Position numbers and translations under genes: made by a program. From Paraspadella gotoi (taxonomy: Eukaryota; Animalia; Chaetognatha), in the NCBI GenBank assembly GCA_051294375.1, contig CM119270.1:8357213-8421212 (forward strand): a stretch of DNA of 64,000 nucleotides, in the 5' to 3' direction. Shown one piece after another: positions 1 to 22,850 of the stretch. The notes under the pieces are model-generated. The model was not told where the DNA came from, did not search any database, and saw only the letters and a program-made list of their open reading frames with translations. The stretch's first letter is position 1, and every line of letters starts with the position of its first letter.

Positions 1-59
1 CTGAAGAGACAGTAATTATTGATAAGTGTTAATGACAGAACCATTCATTGTAAGCAGTC

Positions 60-200
60 CCTGAGCTTCGGATCAGGATGTAACACCATGTTACAGGCGG
101 GTTAAGCGCCCCGTCCCTCTTAACTGCTAGGCGACCACCGGACTAGAACCCCGGACCTTTGGGTTGGGAGGGGAATGACTTGCCTCCGGCAGCAATGGTC
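60..200 (-). mobile_element. Possible tRNA-derived SINE (head near 200, body running toward window start)
   Basis: Minus strand reads ...aaaggtccggGGTTCTAGTCCggtggtcgcc, a B-box-like motif (consensus GGTTCGANTCC) in a GC-richer island. A-box is poor and no second copy is in the window. Confidence 0.35.
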
Positions 201-482
201 ACTGATGAACGGTTGGTGGATTTCAGTCCACCATAATACGTTGTAGAAGACGAAAATATTTGTTTTACAATAAATCGGTCAATGAGATTATGCCAAATTC
301 AATCAGTGGCAATTCAGTTGGTGACATTGCTTGGTTTAAATATTACCAGAAAAAATGCAGAGATAAATAAAGTGATACTTTTAATCATCTTACCTGCTCA
401 TTAAAAATTTGATTTTATCCAACCATTTTATGATTTTATCCACTTGGATTTTATTTTAATTTTAAATGTTTCTACAGTATGT

Positions 483-628
483 ATGAAATTGGTACAACCA
501 ATATAAAAAGTGTCCATTCATTTAATAAATAAGCTATCTTGCCCTTGACTTTGGACAGGCTTTGGTGGTTTAAGGCCCCTATCATTCTTCCAAGATAATG
601 ACTTAGAAGGTCCCTGCAAGCTTTCAAA
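483..628 (+). repeat. Dispersed repeat family (aaattggtacaaccaatataaaa...ctgcaagctttcaa)
   Basis: Near-identical to 63229-63372. Related copies at about 8633-8870 and, inverted, at 13380-13615 and 16680-18675. Confidence 0.85.
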
Positions 629-1555
629 GTGTGTCAGTTTAAAAGTTAGGTTCCAAAATAGGTTACCATCCCCGTTGAAAAAAGATAAGAAGTTTAACTT
701 CCTCAATTTACTCTCTAGTTTCTATTCTTATCAACAAAGGGAACTTGGTTATTCGCAAGAGGCGCACAGGCACAACCTTTTTTTTTTTTTTTGAAAACCT
801 CAAGATTTTTACTGAGATTTTGGTCGAACCGGGATGTTTACTTTGAATTAGGAAATATAAGGCAAAAAGATTGATCTCAATTCGAATCGTCACGCGCGAA
901 CATTTTGTCCTACTTTGCACTTTAAACGCGGAAATTCTTGTCCCAAAAAAAAAAAAAACTATTTACAGGCGAAAAATTTTCGCGATGCGATCAGAGTTTT
1001 GTGTCTTTGTTATCGTCGTCGTCGTTTTCGCTCTCACTGCTGTTGTTGTTTTCTCTGGAACAAAAGAACTAAGAAAATTGATGAAAAACAGAGATATGAA
1101 AGAAAGAGAGAGAGAGTGAGAGAGAGAGAGTGAGACAGAGAGAGAGAAAACAGGAGCTGCGACCCTTAATTGAATTCACGTATCTCGAATCTCAATTAAT
1201 TTTCCTTTTCAGCAATGTGCTCATTTTTGAGGTTACTCGTTTTTCAAATCTAGAGTTAATTTTTTTTTTTTTTTCGAATTTAAAAAAAACTAAAATTAAC
1301 TGTAAAGAGAGTGGCAATATTTTTTACTTTCGTCCCTCGATTTTCTTGCGTTTCCCTTTTTTTCTTTCTTTTTTTTTCATCCCTTTTCTTCCGAAGTTTG
1401 TTTATTTTGCTTGAGATTGTCCTCTCGACTTAACCTTTTCCCGGTGACATTTTCACGACGCCGAAGAATAGTCGTCGTCGTCGTTGTCGTCGTCGTCGTC
1501 GTCGTTGGTGGCGACGACGATAAAATGATTTACAATTACATTTTCATTTTATACA

Positions 1556-1870
1556 TGTACATTAGAGTGGAGCACTCAAGAACAAAAAAATTATNNNNNN
1601 NNNNNNNNNNNNNNNNNNNNNNNNNNNNNNNNNNNNNNNNNNNNNNNNNNNNNNNNNNNNNNNNNNNNNNNNNNNNNNNNNNNNNNNNNNNNNNNNNNNN
1701 NNNNNNNNNNNNNNNNNNNNNNNNNNNNNNNNNNNNNNNNNNNNNNNNNNNNNNNNNNNNNNNNNNNNNNNNNNNNNNNNNNNNNNNNNNNNNNNNNNNN
1801 NNNNNNNNNNNNNNNNNNNNNNNNNNNNNNNNNNNNNCTCAATCTTTTCATCACTCCACCCTAATGTACA
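1556..1870. mobile_element. MITE-like element with terminal inverted repeat TGTACATTAG(A/G)GTGGAG; interior is an N gap
   Basis: Left end tgtacattagagtggagc is the inverse of right end ctccaccctaatgtaca. The same left sequence (gagcactcaagaacaaaaaa) and right end (ctccaccct) recur at about 27978-28560. Confidence 0.6.
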
Positions 1871-2000
1871 TTGTACAAATATAGAACAGCAGTAACACAT
1901 GTCTCATGCATTTGAAAAAAGTTCATGCCAAGCGGACAAGTCGAGACGCGCTCTTCTGTCCTCCCTCGGCTCGAAAGAAAGATAACATTGAAAAATAAAG

Positions 2001-2078
<78 letters not shown>

Positions 2079-2222
2079 TCAGGAAAACAAGATTAAACGA
2101 ATATAAGACAAATTCATAATTATGAAAAATCCGAGAAAAAAAGGCTTTGCCGTCTTAAGCTTGTATATCATTGGAGACTGAAATGAAAGAGAAATGGAGT
2201 AAACGCTATTTTTTCTAGAATA

Positions 2223-2736
2223 CAGACCTGTGCAAAAAAAAGATGACACCCTAGAACATTGCCTAAATAAATTTTGTTAGATTTTTTTATTATTAAATAT
2301 ATTATAGGTTAATAAATTTTATGAAAAAAGAAACCATTGGTGCAAATTTGGTTCATATTTAGCAATCCATTTGTGAGCAATGATTTTTTTAAAGTAACTA
2401 CTCAAATAATATTTTAACATATTTTAACCTTGTGTTTAGAGTGATTAGACCGATTTTTTTTAAACTTACACATATGTATTCCTATTTCAAAATAAACTCT
2501 TTTTTTTTTGATACACGAATACAACGCCCAAAAATCAAAGCTGAACGGAGACCTTGATTTTCAAAAATTTTTTTTTTCTCTATTTATTTGTTTTGACCAT
2601 TTGTCTTTCGGTTGCTATTGCTCATGAATAGCTGGACGGATTTTTTTAAAACTTAAACATCTATATTGACTAATTCAAATTTTTGTGAATACATGCTTAA
2701 AACGCACGCTATTTCTTATTTTTTGGCACAGGACTG
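2223..2736. mobile_element. Tc1/mariner-type non-autonomous element (MITE)
   Basis: TA|cagacctgtgcaaaaaaaa ... ttttttggcacaggactg|TA: imperfect TIRs starting CAG, TA target duplication, no ORF. Confidence 0.75.
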
Positions 2737-4803
2737 TATATTTGGTTTGAAGCTTTTAGTAAATCAAAATTAAAACTTTTTTTCATTATTTTGGGTTTCA
2801 GTTGAAATAAGAAAAGTTTTATGTTTCAACAAAAATAAAAATAATATTAAACGGACGAGTGACTAGGAAAGTTTCACCAATCGACAGTAGAAATTTTTAA
2901 TACAAAATATATATATTTAATATACAAACCTTATTGGCAATTTCTCTTCATTTAGACAACGTAGCTTACCTTCCCCTAAAGGCTGAAACTTAAAACCGTA
3001 AAGTCGATAGTTAGACAATACGAAGACGTAAATTGCGTGCAAAGCGTGCATGAGCGCTGGGCATGCAAGGTTGGAGCCAGATGAGATTTTTATGGTAATT
3101 CCCCAGAAAATTTATCCTCCGACGTTNNNNNNNNNNNNNNNNNNNNNNNNNNNNNNNNNNNNNNNNNNNNNNNNNNNNNNNNNNNNNNNNNNNNNNNNNN
3201 NNNNNNNNNNNNNNNNNNNNNNNNNNNNNNNNNNNNNNNNNNNNNNNNNNNNNNNNNNNNNNNNNNNNNNNNNNNNNNNNNNNNNNNNNNNNNNNNNNNN
3301 NNNNNNNNNNNNNNNNNNNNNNNNNNNNNNNNNNNNNNNNNNNNNNNNNNNNNNNNNNNNNNNNNNNNNNNNNNNNNNNNNNNNNNNNNNNNNNNNNNNN
3401 NNNNNNNNNNNNNNNNNNNNNNNNNNNNNNNNNNNNNNNNNNNNNNNNNNNNNNNNNNNNNNNNNNNNNNNNNNNNNNNNNNNNNNNNNNNNNNNNNNNN
3501 NNNNNNNNNNNNNNNNNNNNNNNNNNNNNNNNNNNNNNNNNNNNNNNNNNNNNNNNNNNNNNNNNNNNNNNNNNNNNNNNNNNNNNNNNNNNNNNNNNNN
3601 NNNNNNNNNNNNNNNNNNNNNNNNNNNNNNNNNNNNNNNNNNNNNNNNNNNNNNNNNNNNNNNNNNNNNNNNNNNNNNNNNNNNNNNNNNNNNNNNNNNN
3701 NNNNNNNNNNNNNNNNNNNNNNNNNNNNNNNNNNNNNNNNNNNNNNNNNNNNNNNNNNNNNNNNNNNNNNNNNNNNNNNNNNNNNNNNNNNNNNNNNNNN
3801 NNNNNNNNNNNNNNNNNNNNNNNNNNNNNNNNNNNNNNNNNNNNNNNNNNNNNAGAGAGAGAGAGAGAGTGGAAAAAAATGAATGTATTATAAGTAATTA
3901 ATGAAAGAAGAACAAAAGCAGATGTTCAGAAATTTCATGAAGAGGAAGAAGTAACAATTTCATCAAAGACAAATCCCTTCGAGATTTTAACAAAGATTAA
4001 ACCTAAGGCAATTAACTTAATTAACATGATTATCTAATATCTATATACAACATATATAATTTTAAGCGAGTTCTTTTTCCCGGTTCTGGTTTTAAACCAC
4101 CATCGCCTGGAAGAGCAAAATCTAGACCGCCTTCCCACTTATCCGACCTTACCCCCTGCAGAAAGATATTCCACCCACTTGTAAGTAGCGAATTTATTCT
4201 CGGAAAAGTTAATCACAATTTATGGTGATTCTCCTTCTTTTCTCTTTCCTTTTTCTCTGTTCTGCCCAAACTTTAACTGACCGTTTGTGTTGACAAGAAT
4301 CAACTCTGATTGAATAGAGAGAGAGAGGGAGAGAGGGAGAGAGAGAGAGAGGGAGAGAGAGAGAGAGGGAGAGAGAGAGAGAAAAAAAAGAGAGACAGAT
4401 AAAAGATAAAATAATAGTGAAACCAAGAACTTATATCACAAGTATGGTCTGTTGATAGTAAATGATTTTACTTACTTTCCCTCTTTACAGAGTTTATAAC
4501 CTTTTTTTCTTTNNNNNNNNNNNNNNNNNNNNNNNNNNNNNNNNNNNNNNNNNNNNNNNNNNNNNNNNNNNNNNNNNNNNNNNNNNNNNNNNNNNNNNNN
4601 NNNNNNNNNNNNNNNNNNNNNNNNNNNNNNNNNNNNNNNNNNNNNNNNNNNNNNNNNNNNNNNNNNNNNNNNNNNNNNNNNNNNNNNNNNNNNNNNNNNN
4701 NNNNNNNNNNNNNNNNNNNNNNNNNNNNNNNNNNNNNNNNNNNNNNNNNNNNNNNNNNNNNNNNNNNNNNNNNNNNNNNNNNNNNNNNNNNNNNNNNNNN
4801 NNN

Positions 4804-4834
<31 letters not shown>

Positions 4835-5086
4835 TCCGTTTGTAATTCCGTACATGTTTTACATTTCTTTGAACTCTAGCGTGAGATGCCCTTTTTTTTT
4901 ATTTTCGGTAGGACTGCTATAACAACGACAACAAAGAAAACGACGACAGTGATGAAAACATCACCAAGAAAGACTTTGAAAGTATGACAAATGTCAATAT
5001 CCAGGACAAAAACAAATATACGACTTTGACGACTGGTTTACTGTTCACTCGTTTCTGAAATTTCTTACGGAATAATTCAGACCTTA

Positions 5087-5364
5087 TGGCAACAGCCGGG
5101 TTGCCTGTGATGCCCATTGGGATGGGGCATCTCACTGTTGGCTTTGGGGGCTTCCGACCCTCAGTGACGCCTCCAGTCACTGGCGCGGTTACCCTAGGAC
5201 GGTCTCGCTTTGCCAACGCAGAGGGAAGTCGTTAGGACTGTGGATGGAACACTACGCCTGGGATGGTGTGTTCCCCCTCTGAGCCAAATGTATTTGGCTG
5301 AAGGATGGTGGACGTGAGGCGGTGTGAATATACCGCCACAACCTTGCGATTAAAGTAACAACCA
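5087..5364. mobile_element. GC-rich, multi-hairpin 280-bp insertion (SINE/LINE-UTR-like, unclassified)
   Basis: Absent from the duplicate of its flanks at 5546-5810 (cctta|cagaaaataaaac). Contains many short inverted repeats. Confidence 0.5.
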
Positions 5365-6010
5365 CAAAATAAAACTTCACTGTCAAACAAAAGTCAACTT
5401 AAATTTCTTCGCCCTTTTCGTGGTCGACAGGAAATAAAGAGATTTGACGAGAAAAGAATAATCGATACGCAAGGGCGTGAAAAATTGGGAGAAAACAAAA
5501 GGGAAAATCTCATTCTCTCTNNNNNNNNNNNNNNNNNNNNNNNNNTGAACAATCCACGGACAAAAACCAAATATACCGATAGGTTTACTGTTCAACTCGG
5601 TTTCAGAAATTGCTTAGGATAATTCCAGCCTTACAGAAAATAAAACTGTCACTGATCAAACAAATGTCGAACTATATTTCTGTCGCCCTTTCAGTGGTCG
5701 ATTCAGGAAAATAAAGAGAATTTGACGAAGGAGCAAAGAATAATCGTATACGCAATAGGGCGTGAATAGAATTGGGAGAAGAACAAAAGGAAGAATCTTC
5801 AATTCTCTCCTCTCTCTCTCTCTTCTCTCTCCTCGCTCGTCTCTCTCTCTGCTCTGCTCTCTCTCTCTCTGTCTCTCTCTCTCTCTCTTTGTGGAATTTC
5901 CGATGGCGAACATGAAAATATGATTTTACGTTTCGAAAAAAAATTAGAAAGAAAAAATAAAAAAGAAAATGAAAAATGAAAAAAGTGAATCGAATAAATT
6001 TTCTTCTAAT

Positions 6011-6285
6011 TTTTAGTTGCGCCGCGAGTACTCGAGGAACAACTCTATAAGTCACTTTTCGGTCGGTCTGTCGGTCGGTCAGTCGGTAGTTGCTCATTTT
6101 TTAAGACAAGAATTTAAGGGACTGCTAGGGCCGCCTAAAACCATAAAGAATAAAATACGGAATTCCGATGCAGTCCGTGCTGTAAATAGACTGGCTAAGA
6201 AAGTCGCGTCATGTCATGTAATATAATTTCATGTCATGTCACAAAAATACACGTGAAAATAAAGTCACTGCGGCGCAACACATTG
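6011..6285 (+). mobile_element. Helentron-associated / DINE-like non-autonomous element (HINE-like)
   Basis: T-run, hairpin agttgcgccgcgagtactcgaggaacaact, ctataag, then (GGTC/GTCT)n microsatellite. Inverted copies at 46440-46860, 49320-49745 and 63000-63190. Confidence 0.7.
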
Positions 6286-6859
6286 TATGAACCGATTATA
6301 TTTTTTTTCACTAAAAACGAATCCATTTGTTTTCGATTTTCAACGACGATGATTTAAGTCACTCAACCTTAAAAAAAAAAAAACCTTAAAAACGCAAAGA
6401 ATGAAAGATCCTTAACAACTGACTTGTTTTATTTACTTTGGCCTTTTTTTCTTATTTGAAATATTTTTAAATCCATTTCCAACGTTACAAAATTAAGATA
6501 GTGATTCGATAAAATAAATAAATAAATTTATTGCATCAAATATATTTAATATTTTGATATTTTTTAAATAGATTGGTTGTGCGTATTGTAAATTTTCTTT
6601 CGTAACACAAAATTGGTTGGATCTTTTCTTGTAATTTGAGTTGAGCCTTGAGTTTGAACGGAAAAGGGGATGTTCCAGTGGCAACCTTCGTTTTGTTAAG
6701 GTTAATCTGTTAGCTGTCCGCGACAGTGTCGCAATAATAATCGTGAGAATTGTACTCAAATTTTTCCGCCTCATTAAAAATTAATGGGTTTGTAAACTGT
6801 TCTGACGAGTGACGAGAGAAATAAAAATAATTAAAAAGAAATTTCAATTACTAATGCCT

Positions 6860-7354
6860 TTTTCGTAAGATAAAACACAAAAAAAAATGTAAGGAAAAAA
6901 AAATTCTTGGTGAGACTCGATGCCGGCGAAAATAAATTATTCTCGAGGTCAACAATTCATCAGAGAGAGAGAGAGAGAAAGAAAGAAAGAAGAAGAAATC
7001 AGTGGCGACCTTTGGATTCCTCTGCTTGGCTACCGCTGTGAAAAAGAGACGAGAAATCAAATGTTTGTAGAGAGCAAAGACCAAACCCTTTTTTTCTCGT
7101 TGAGTTGTTGTTATCTCGTAAAATTCGGTTAGTAAGTCTGAATAGCAATAAAATTTAACATTTGCTAATGAGTAAGCGGTAACACCTTAGTTTTTCCACC
7201 CTAGGAACTAATCACCATATTGAACAAATTCACATTGAAACAACGTGTATAAACACTAAAATATCTATTTGGTAAATCATAATTCTCTGCTTGTAACTTA
7301 ATCCCCGCAAAATCTCACTTTCCTTCTTCGCTACATTTCGTTGATGTCCTCTCC

Positions 7355-7430
<76 letters not shown>

Positions 7431-7827
7431 CCTCTCCCTCTCTGGCAATTTATCGACAGAATCATGACGTCATCAAAAGGGCCAAAATAAACGAGAGCGA
7501 GACAGCGCGGATCAGATTGTTAAGAAGCGATTAACAATGATCAATACTTAGACATCGAGAAAAGACGAGCGACGATACTTTCTGAACAACCAACCCCAAA
7601 CCTCAAAACATACAACCACCGAGATCAACACAATAACCACGAACTGAATTAGGAAGAATGATTAGAGGATGATAAAAACGAGTGAGTCAAGAACCAATTT
7701 TTTTTTAACAAAAAAAAAGGGGGAAATATTCGGTTGAGAGTCTAACGGGCAGCTGCGCTTTTTCCCAATTCCTTCCTTTCTCGAACTTTTCACGACTCCT
7801 CTCCTCTCTCTCTCTCTCTCTCATCTA

Positions 7828-7859
<32 letters not shown>

Positions 7860-8141
7860 ATCTCTCTTCTCTCTTCTCTCTCTCTCTCTCTCTCTCGTTC
7901 TCTCAACTCATCCAGTCTTTCTGCATCAGTGAATCTTGGATTATCAACGTTCGTAAGTCGAGTCATAAATGGGAGATTCCGTCGGCAACGCAAGGGAAAG
8001 GCTTCAAATCTGAAATACCTACGATTCTAAATCTTTTTATTATAATATCGGACAATGTGATTTAAGATAAAACATTGACATAAAACTTTAGAGATAATTT
8101 TATATTTTAACGAGTTACTAACGTAAAAGTTTAAAAAGTAT

Positions 8142-8202
<61 letters not shown>

Positions 8203-9790
8203 GAGAGAGGAGAGAGAAGAGAGAGGAGAGAGGAGAAGGATCTTAATGTCTTAGTAAATCAGGGCGGATTCCATCGCCGTCTCGCGTTCCGTCGCGAGTT
8301 TCCTTATCGCTGTGATTAAGAGGAAGGAGGAAAGGCGGAATCCGATAAATTGATTGGTTTGATTGATTGAGTGATAGATTGATGGGTGAAAAGGCAACGA
8401 TAAATTACGTGACGGATGTGTTTTCTCCATATTATTGAATCAATTCCATTGATTGATTGATGAGTATTACTATTAAGTAAGTTTTTTTTTTCTTTATTTA
8501 ATTTTTTCGTTAAAGGTCGTTCACTTCTTTAATATTCCATACATCCAATTTTTACTTTATACATTTTTTTTTATTTATTACATTCATGCAAATGGCATTT
8601 ATTGAGTTGTTCAATTTATATATTATTTGTATAAAATTGGCACCAACCCAATATAAATTATAAATTCATTCGATAAATAAGCTGACCTTGGACACTCCTA
8701 CAAGATAATAACACAGCAGGACACTGCAAGCTTTCAATCAAGACTCTTCTCACAGTCTCGTTTTTAGCTGACTCTCAGAGTACCCTATTTTATTAATGAA
8801 GTGTATATGTGCAAAGAATGTTTTATTTGTCTAAAAAGGACGCGATATTAACTACAGGTCGAGGGTTATAAATTGTACTATATAATTTATTTATTGACTC
8901 ATACATAATTAATTAATAATTTATTTATTTTCGTTTGTTATTTATATTTTTATTTATTTTCTTTTTTCATTCATTTACCTTTTATTTATCTTAATTAATC
9001 GTTATCATTCATTCATTCATTCATTCATTCATGTCATTCATTCATATCATTCATTCATTCAATTCATTCATTCATTCATTCAATCATTCATTCATTCATG
9101 TATCATATATTCATTCATCAATTTGCTTTGATTACTACTCTGGTTTCATCTTCCCATCTCCATCTCCTCTCTCATTTTCTCGTTTTGTATGCCCACGTTG
9201 GACCGAAATGACTTTCCTGAGATCTAAATTCTCTATTACTGACGTTATTTTTTTGGCTTGAGTGTTTCTAGTAATTATTTTATCAGCAGTTGTTTCCGTC
9301 TCTTTTATAGTACTATAAATCTTGTTTGTAAGCAAAATAAACGTTTTCCTATAATATATTTCTGCTCTATCTTAACGCAACGAAAGAAAAGTGAAAACAT
9401 TGTGAAATTATGCATCCCTCAGGCTATGTATTTATTTTTCCTCTAAGCCTAATTAGCATTTTTGACCGTACTTAGTTGTCCTCACGAATTGGGCCAATAG
9501 TTTCTTGCTTATTTCGTCGGTCTATGAGTCATAATTTGGAGAGACTCAAAAGCAGTATTTATGTTCGGTTTTTTTTGCCAATCTCAAGTAGTGCGTCGCC
9601 CGTCTCTCAACGCGGTTTTACCGATATTTCAAGTAATATTTCTAAACCTTTATTTACACTTTTTATTCACACATTTCCTCGAAGATTTCAGCTGAAAAGA
9701 TTAATTAAAGCCTACGTTTAACTTACAAGGGACGGACGAACGGCGTGAAATACTAAAGATATTTCACAACATTTTTTTTTATAATAAAAC
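6860..9790. repeat. Inverted copy of the block at about 10540-15530 (also repeated at 16260-20570)
   Basis: For example 8251-8340 is the reverse complement of 13900-14005 and 18960-19070; 9476-9770 matches 10540-10808 plus 12654-12700. Fold-back is centred on the 25-N gap at 10442-10466. Confidence 0.9.
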
Positions 9791-10808
9791 TATTCATATC
9801 TAATATTGTTAAAGTGTTTTAAAATTATATTCATAACATAAGGTGCCCCTATAGACCTTTCCCACGTATGTATCCCTATACAGAACATACAATTCTACAT
9901 GGTAGGCCTTATCCTATTGGTATTAAAAAAAATATATAACGTTGGTCCCTCAAAAATTATCCATTCCCACCCCTTTCTGTTCAGCCTTTTAGATATTATA
10001 GATTTGTTCTCTAATTGACTTTCTAACAGAATGATGTGTGACATCTATTAGAAAACTAGGACAGATAGTAATCTAACCTTGTGTTTGTATAGATGTTCCT
10101 CTATTTCCAGAAGACAACACTGACTTCCCCTTCCCAAATTAAATTATTAGATAAATAAAACATTTTTTAAAAAAGAAAGCTAATATATTGTTGTTTAAAT
10201 AATATAGATTAAATACTAAATCCTTCATAAAAATATTAAATATTTAAAATAGAAAATATAAAATAGTGAAGCAAGTAATTTGCAAATTTTCATTGATTTA
10301 ACATTAATTCTGCGCTGAATTTTTGGTCGTCGTTCAATGCCGTAGTCTCTCTTAGATAATTATATTTTCGTGGGTGATTACATTTTTGCTGCCCGTAGGG
10401 TGACGGTTTAATTCCATTACTGCTCTTCTCTGGTTCTCTGTNNNNNNNNNNNNNNNNNNNNNNNNNCGACGACCAAAATTCAGCGCAGAATTAATGTTAA
10501 ATCAATATTAAATATGAATAGTTTCATATGAAAAATAATGTTGTGAAATACTTTAGTATTTCACGCCGTCGTCCGTCCCTTGTAAGTTAAACGTAGGCTT
10601 TAATTAATCTTTTCGGCTGAATATCGCGGAATGGTGAATAAAAGGTTGAAATAAAGGTTTAGAAACTTTATTTTACTTTAAATATCCATGAAAAGTCCTG
10701 TAAAACCCGTTGAGGACGGGCGACGCTACTTTGAGATTGGCAAAAAAAAACGAACTAAATACTGCTTTTTAGTCTCTCCAAATTATGACTCATAGACCGA
10801 CGAAATAA

Positions 10809-12653
10809 GACGCAGACAGATCACGCTTAATTTGCTTCCCACCCTACTTATGATCATTTTTACTTCACTCGTCGCCATATTTGATTCATAATCTTTTAGC
10901 TAAAGTTGTTGTTTGGTACTCGGAGACCTAAGGTACTGTTTCCATGAGTGTCAACCGCCCACAAGAAGGGCAATAGTATCAGGAAAAGAAGAAATCTGAC
11001 AAAAAGTCCAGAAAAATGCTTACAAAAAATTGTAGTAGCGTTATGTTAAGAGCCTTGGTTACCTTAAGAATATACATAATGAGCTTTAACAATATATATT
11101 CATTATCTACAGAAAAAGAGAAATATTTCAGACCCATTAGTAAATATTTTTTTATCTGGGATTAGTACAAAATATGCAAATGAGTTATGATATTAGAATT
11201 ACAAAAGAATTTTGTCTTTTTATCTATATTTGAACTTGTTCATTGTAATAGACCATCATCATCAACAGCAAAGATTTTCAAAAAGATTTTTCAAAAGAGC
11301 AATTTTTTGCCAATATGCATAATAAATTTGGCTGCTTAATATGCTAGAATAATATTCTTAATTAATTTTTAATTATTGAAGAAGATAGAATAATTCAATT
11401 TTTGAAAAAAATATTTTTGTGTTCAGAATTTTAGATCTAGACTATGAACCAAAATTTTGCATTTTGAAAAATATCAGATTCAAGGCATTTGATTTTGGAA
11501 CAATCTGATGTTTTTCGTTTTTTGATATCTTTATTTTTTATGCAAAACTAAAATTCTGAATGACCATTGGTCAAGTCGAATATTTTTTTCCAAATCTTTA
11601 AAGAAGTAAAGCTTTGCTAAAATTGAAAATATTAAATGTTTTATATAAAAAAAGATAAAAGCTTAAAATAAAATAAAATTTAAAAAATTATATTGATTTG
11701 TATCTATTTAATAAAATTGTAAATATGATAAACAAGCACTGGGTCAAGCTTTTTGTTTCAGTTTAAAAATAATGACAAAATGAGTTATTTTTTCAACAGA
11801 CGAAAAGTGTAGACAACCAAACTGTTTATATTAAACTGAAAATAACTTTTTAATTTATAATTTTACATATTTAAAAATAACATTATTATCATTACTACTA
11901 GTATGTTTTTGCTTGTTTTTTAACCTTTAACTAAAAAATACATGCAAATTATGGAAAAGTAAAAAGTTTTGGTAATCAAATTGTATTCAGTCTTTCCTTT
12001 TACAAATCCGAAAGAAAACAAAAAAAAATTCATATGCCTTCCATTAAGAAATTTAACTCCGAAAACCTGTTATACATTTAACTAGTTTTAAAACAAATCC
12101 TGTCTTAACATTTTTTGGATAAATTTAATAAAACTAGTTTCAGAAAGGTGCCCCATGATTACGGCTTTAATTGATACCTTGCCCACCATCCTATCTCTTT
12201 TTCTTTCAAAAGTTATGCAAAAAAAGAACTTTTTTTATCTTCGGACAACTAAGGATTTGAACTACCCAGTACAAAATCTTAGTTAAATAAAAATTTCAAG
12301 AAAGCAGGAGTATCTCAATTTATCCTATTGGTATATACCTAAATTTCAAAATAAAAACTAAAGAAAAATTTTTTATCATCTAGAGACATATCACTTTCAG
12401 TTGTACCCATCGTCTTACTCGTTTATGGCTTATGATTTAAGAATTCAGAGAAACAAAGTATTTAGTCCAAATTTCAACTTTTACACTGTATTTTACTGTA
12501 TCATTCTAGCCGAATCATATTTTGTATGTATTTGTCCAGCATAACTGTCAGGAAGGATGGCTTATTAGTACAAATGGTCAGACAAAGTAAATTCAATGAC
12601 CGATAATTATTTTTCGTGCACATGAAATTAAGCGTGATCTGTGTCTCTGTGTC
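10809..12653. mobile_element. Non-autonomous TIR DNA transposon, 1845 bp, 4-bp TSD ATAA (Sola-like by TSD length; unclassified)
   Basis: ATAA|gacgcagaCAGATCACGCTTAATTT ... AAATTAAGCGTGATCTGtgtctctgtgtc|ATAA. The empty site (cgaaataagcaag) is present in the inverted copy at about 9503-9520. Confidence 0.85.
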
Positions 12654-12944
12654 ATAAGCAGAAACTATTGGCCGAATCGTGAGGACAACTAAGTACGGTC
12701 AAAAATGCTAATTAGGCTTAGAGGAAAAATAAAGATAGTAACTGAGGCGATGCATAATATTTCACAAATGTTTTTACTTTCTTTCATTGCGTTTAAGATA
12801 GAGGCAGAAATATATAGGAAAACGTTTATTTGCTTACAAACAAAGATTTATTTAAAAGAGACGGGCAATTTTCTGCTTTTATAAATAATACTAAAACACC
12901 AAGCCAAAAAAATAGTAAAGAGGAATTGTTCAGAAAGTCATTTC

Positions 12945-22317
<9,373 letters not shown>

Positions 22318-22346
22318 TCTCTCTCTCTCTCTCTCTTCTCTCTCGT

Positions 22347-22385
<39 letters not shown>

Positions 22386-22723
22386 ACTCTCTCTCCTCTC
22401 CCTAACATACACAGACTTTCACTCACTCTTATCTTGTGAGAGAAAAAGAAAGCGCAGGAAAGAAATTGTTATTGTAACAGAGTTGACCTAATTTCGGACT
22501 CTGGGGGCGTAAAACAAGAACAACCCGGGCAGAAGAAATAAGCTTAAGAAAAAAAAGGGACAAACTAAATTAAAGAAAAAAAAAGAAGAGTGAAAGGGTA
22601 ATAAACAGTATAGAAGGGGGAAAGGAGATATAAAAAGAGACAAATAAGAACAAAACGAATAATATAAGCACTTTATGCAGTATCATGTCAGAAGAGTTGG
22701 AAAATGTTGAGGGGGAAAGAGAA

Positions 22724-22850
<127 letters not shown>

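Noticed and set aside
200-260. ctgatga...gaaa hammerhead ribozyme core
   Set aside because: Could not build stems I and III or a stem II closing directly onto GAAA.
12500-12560. Minus-strand PDSYAGQ as a Sola transposase remnant
   Set aside because: Seven-residue resemblance with no surrounding ORF.
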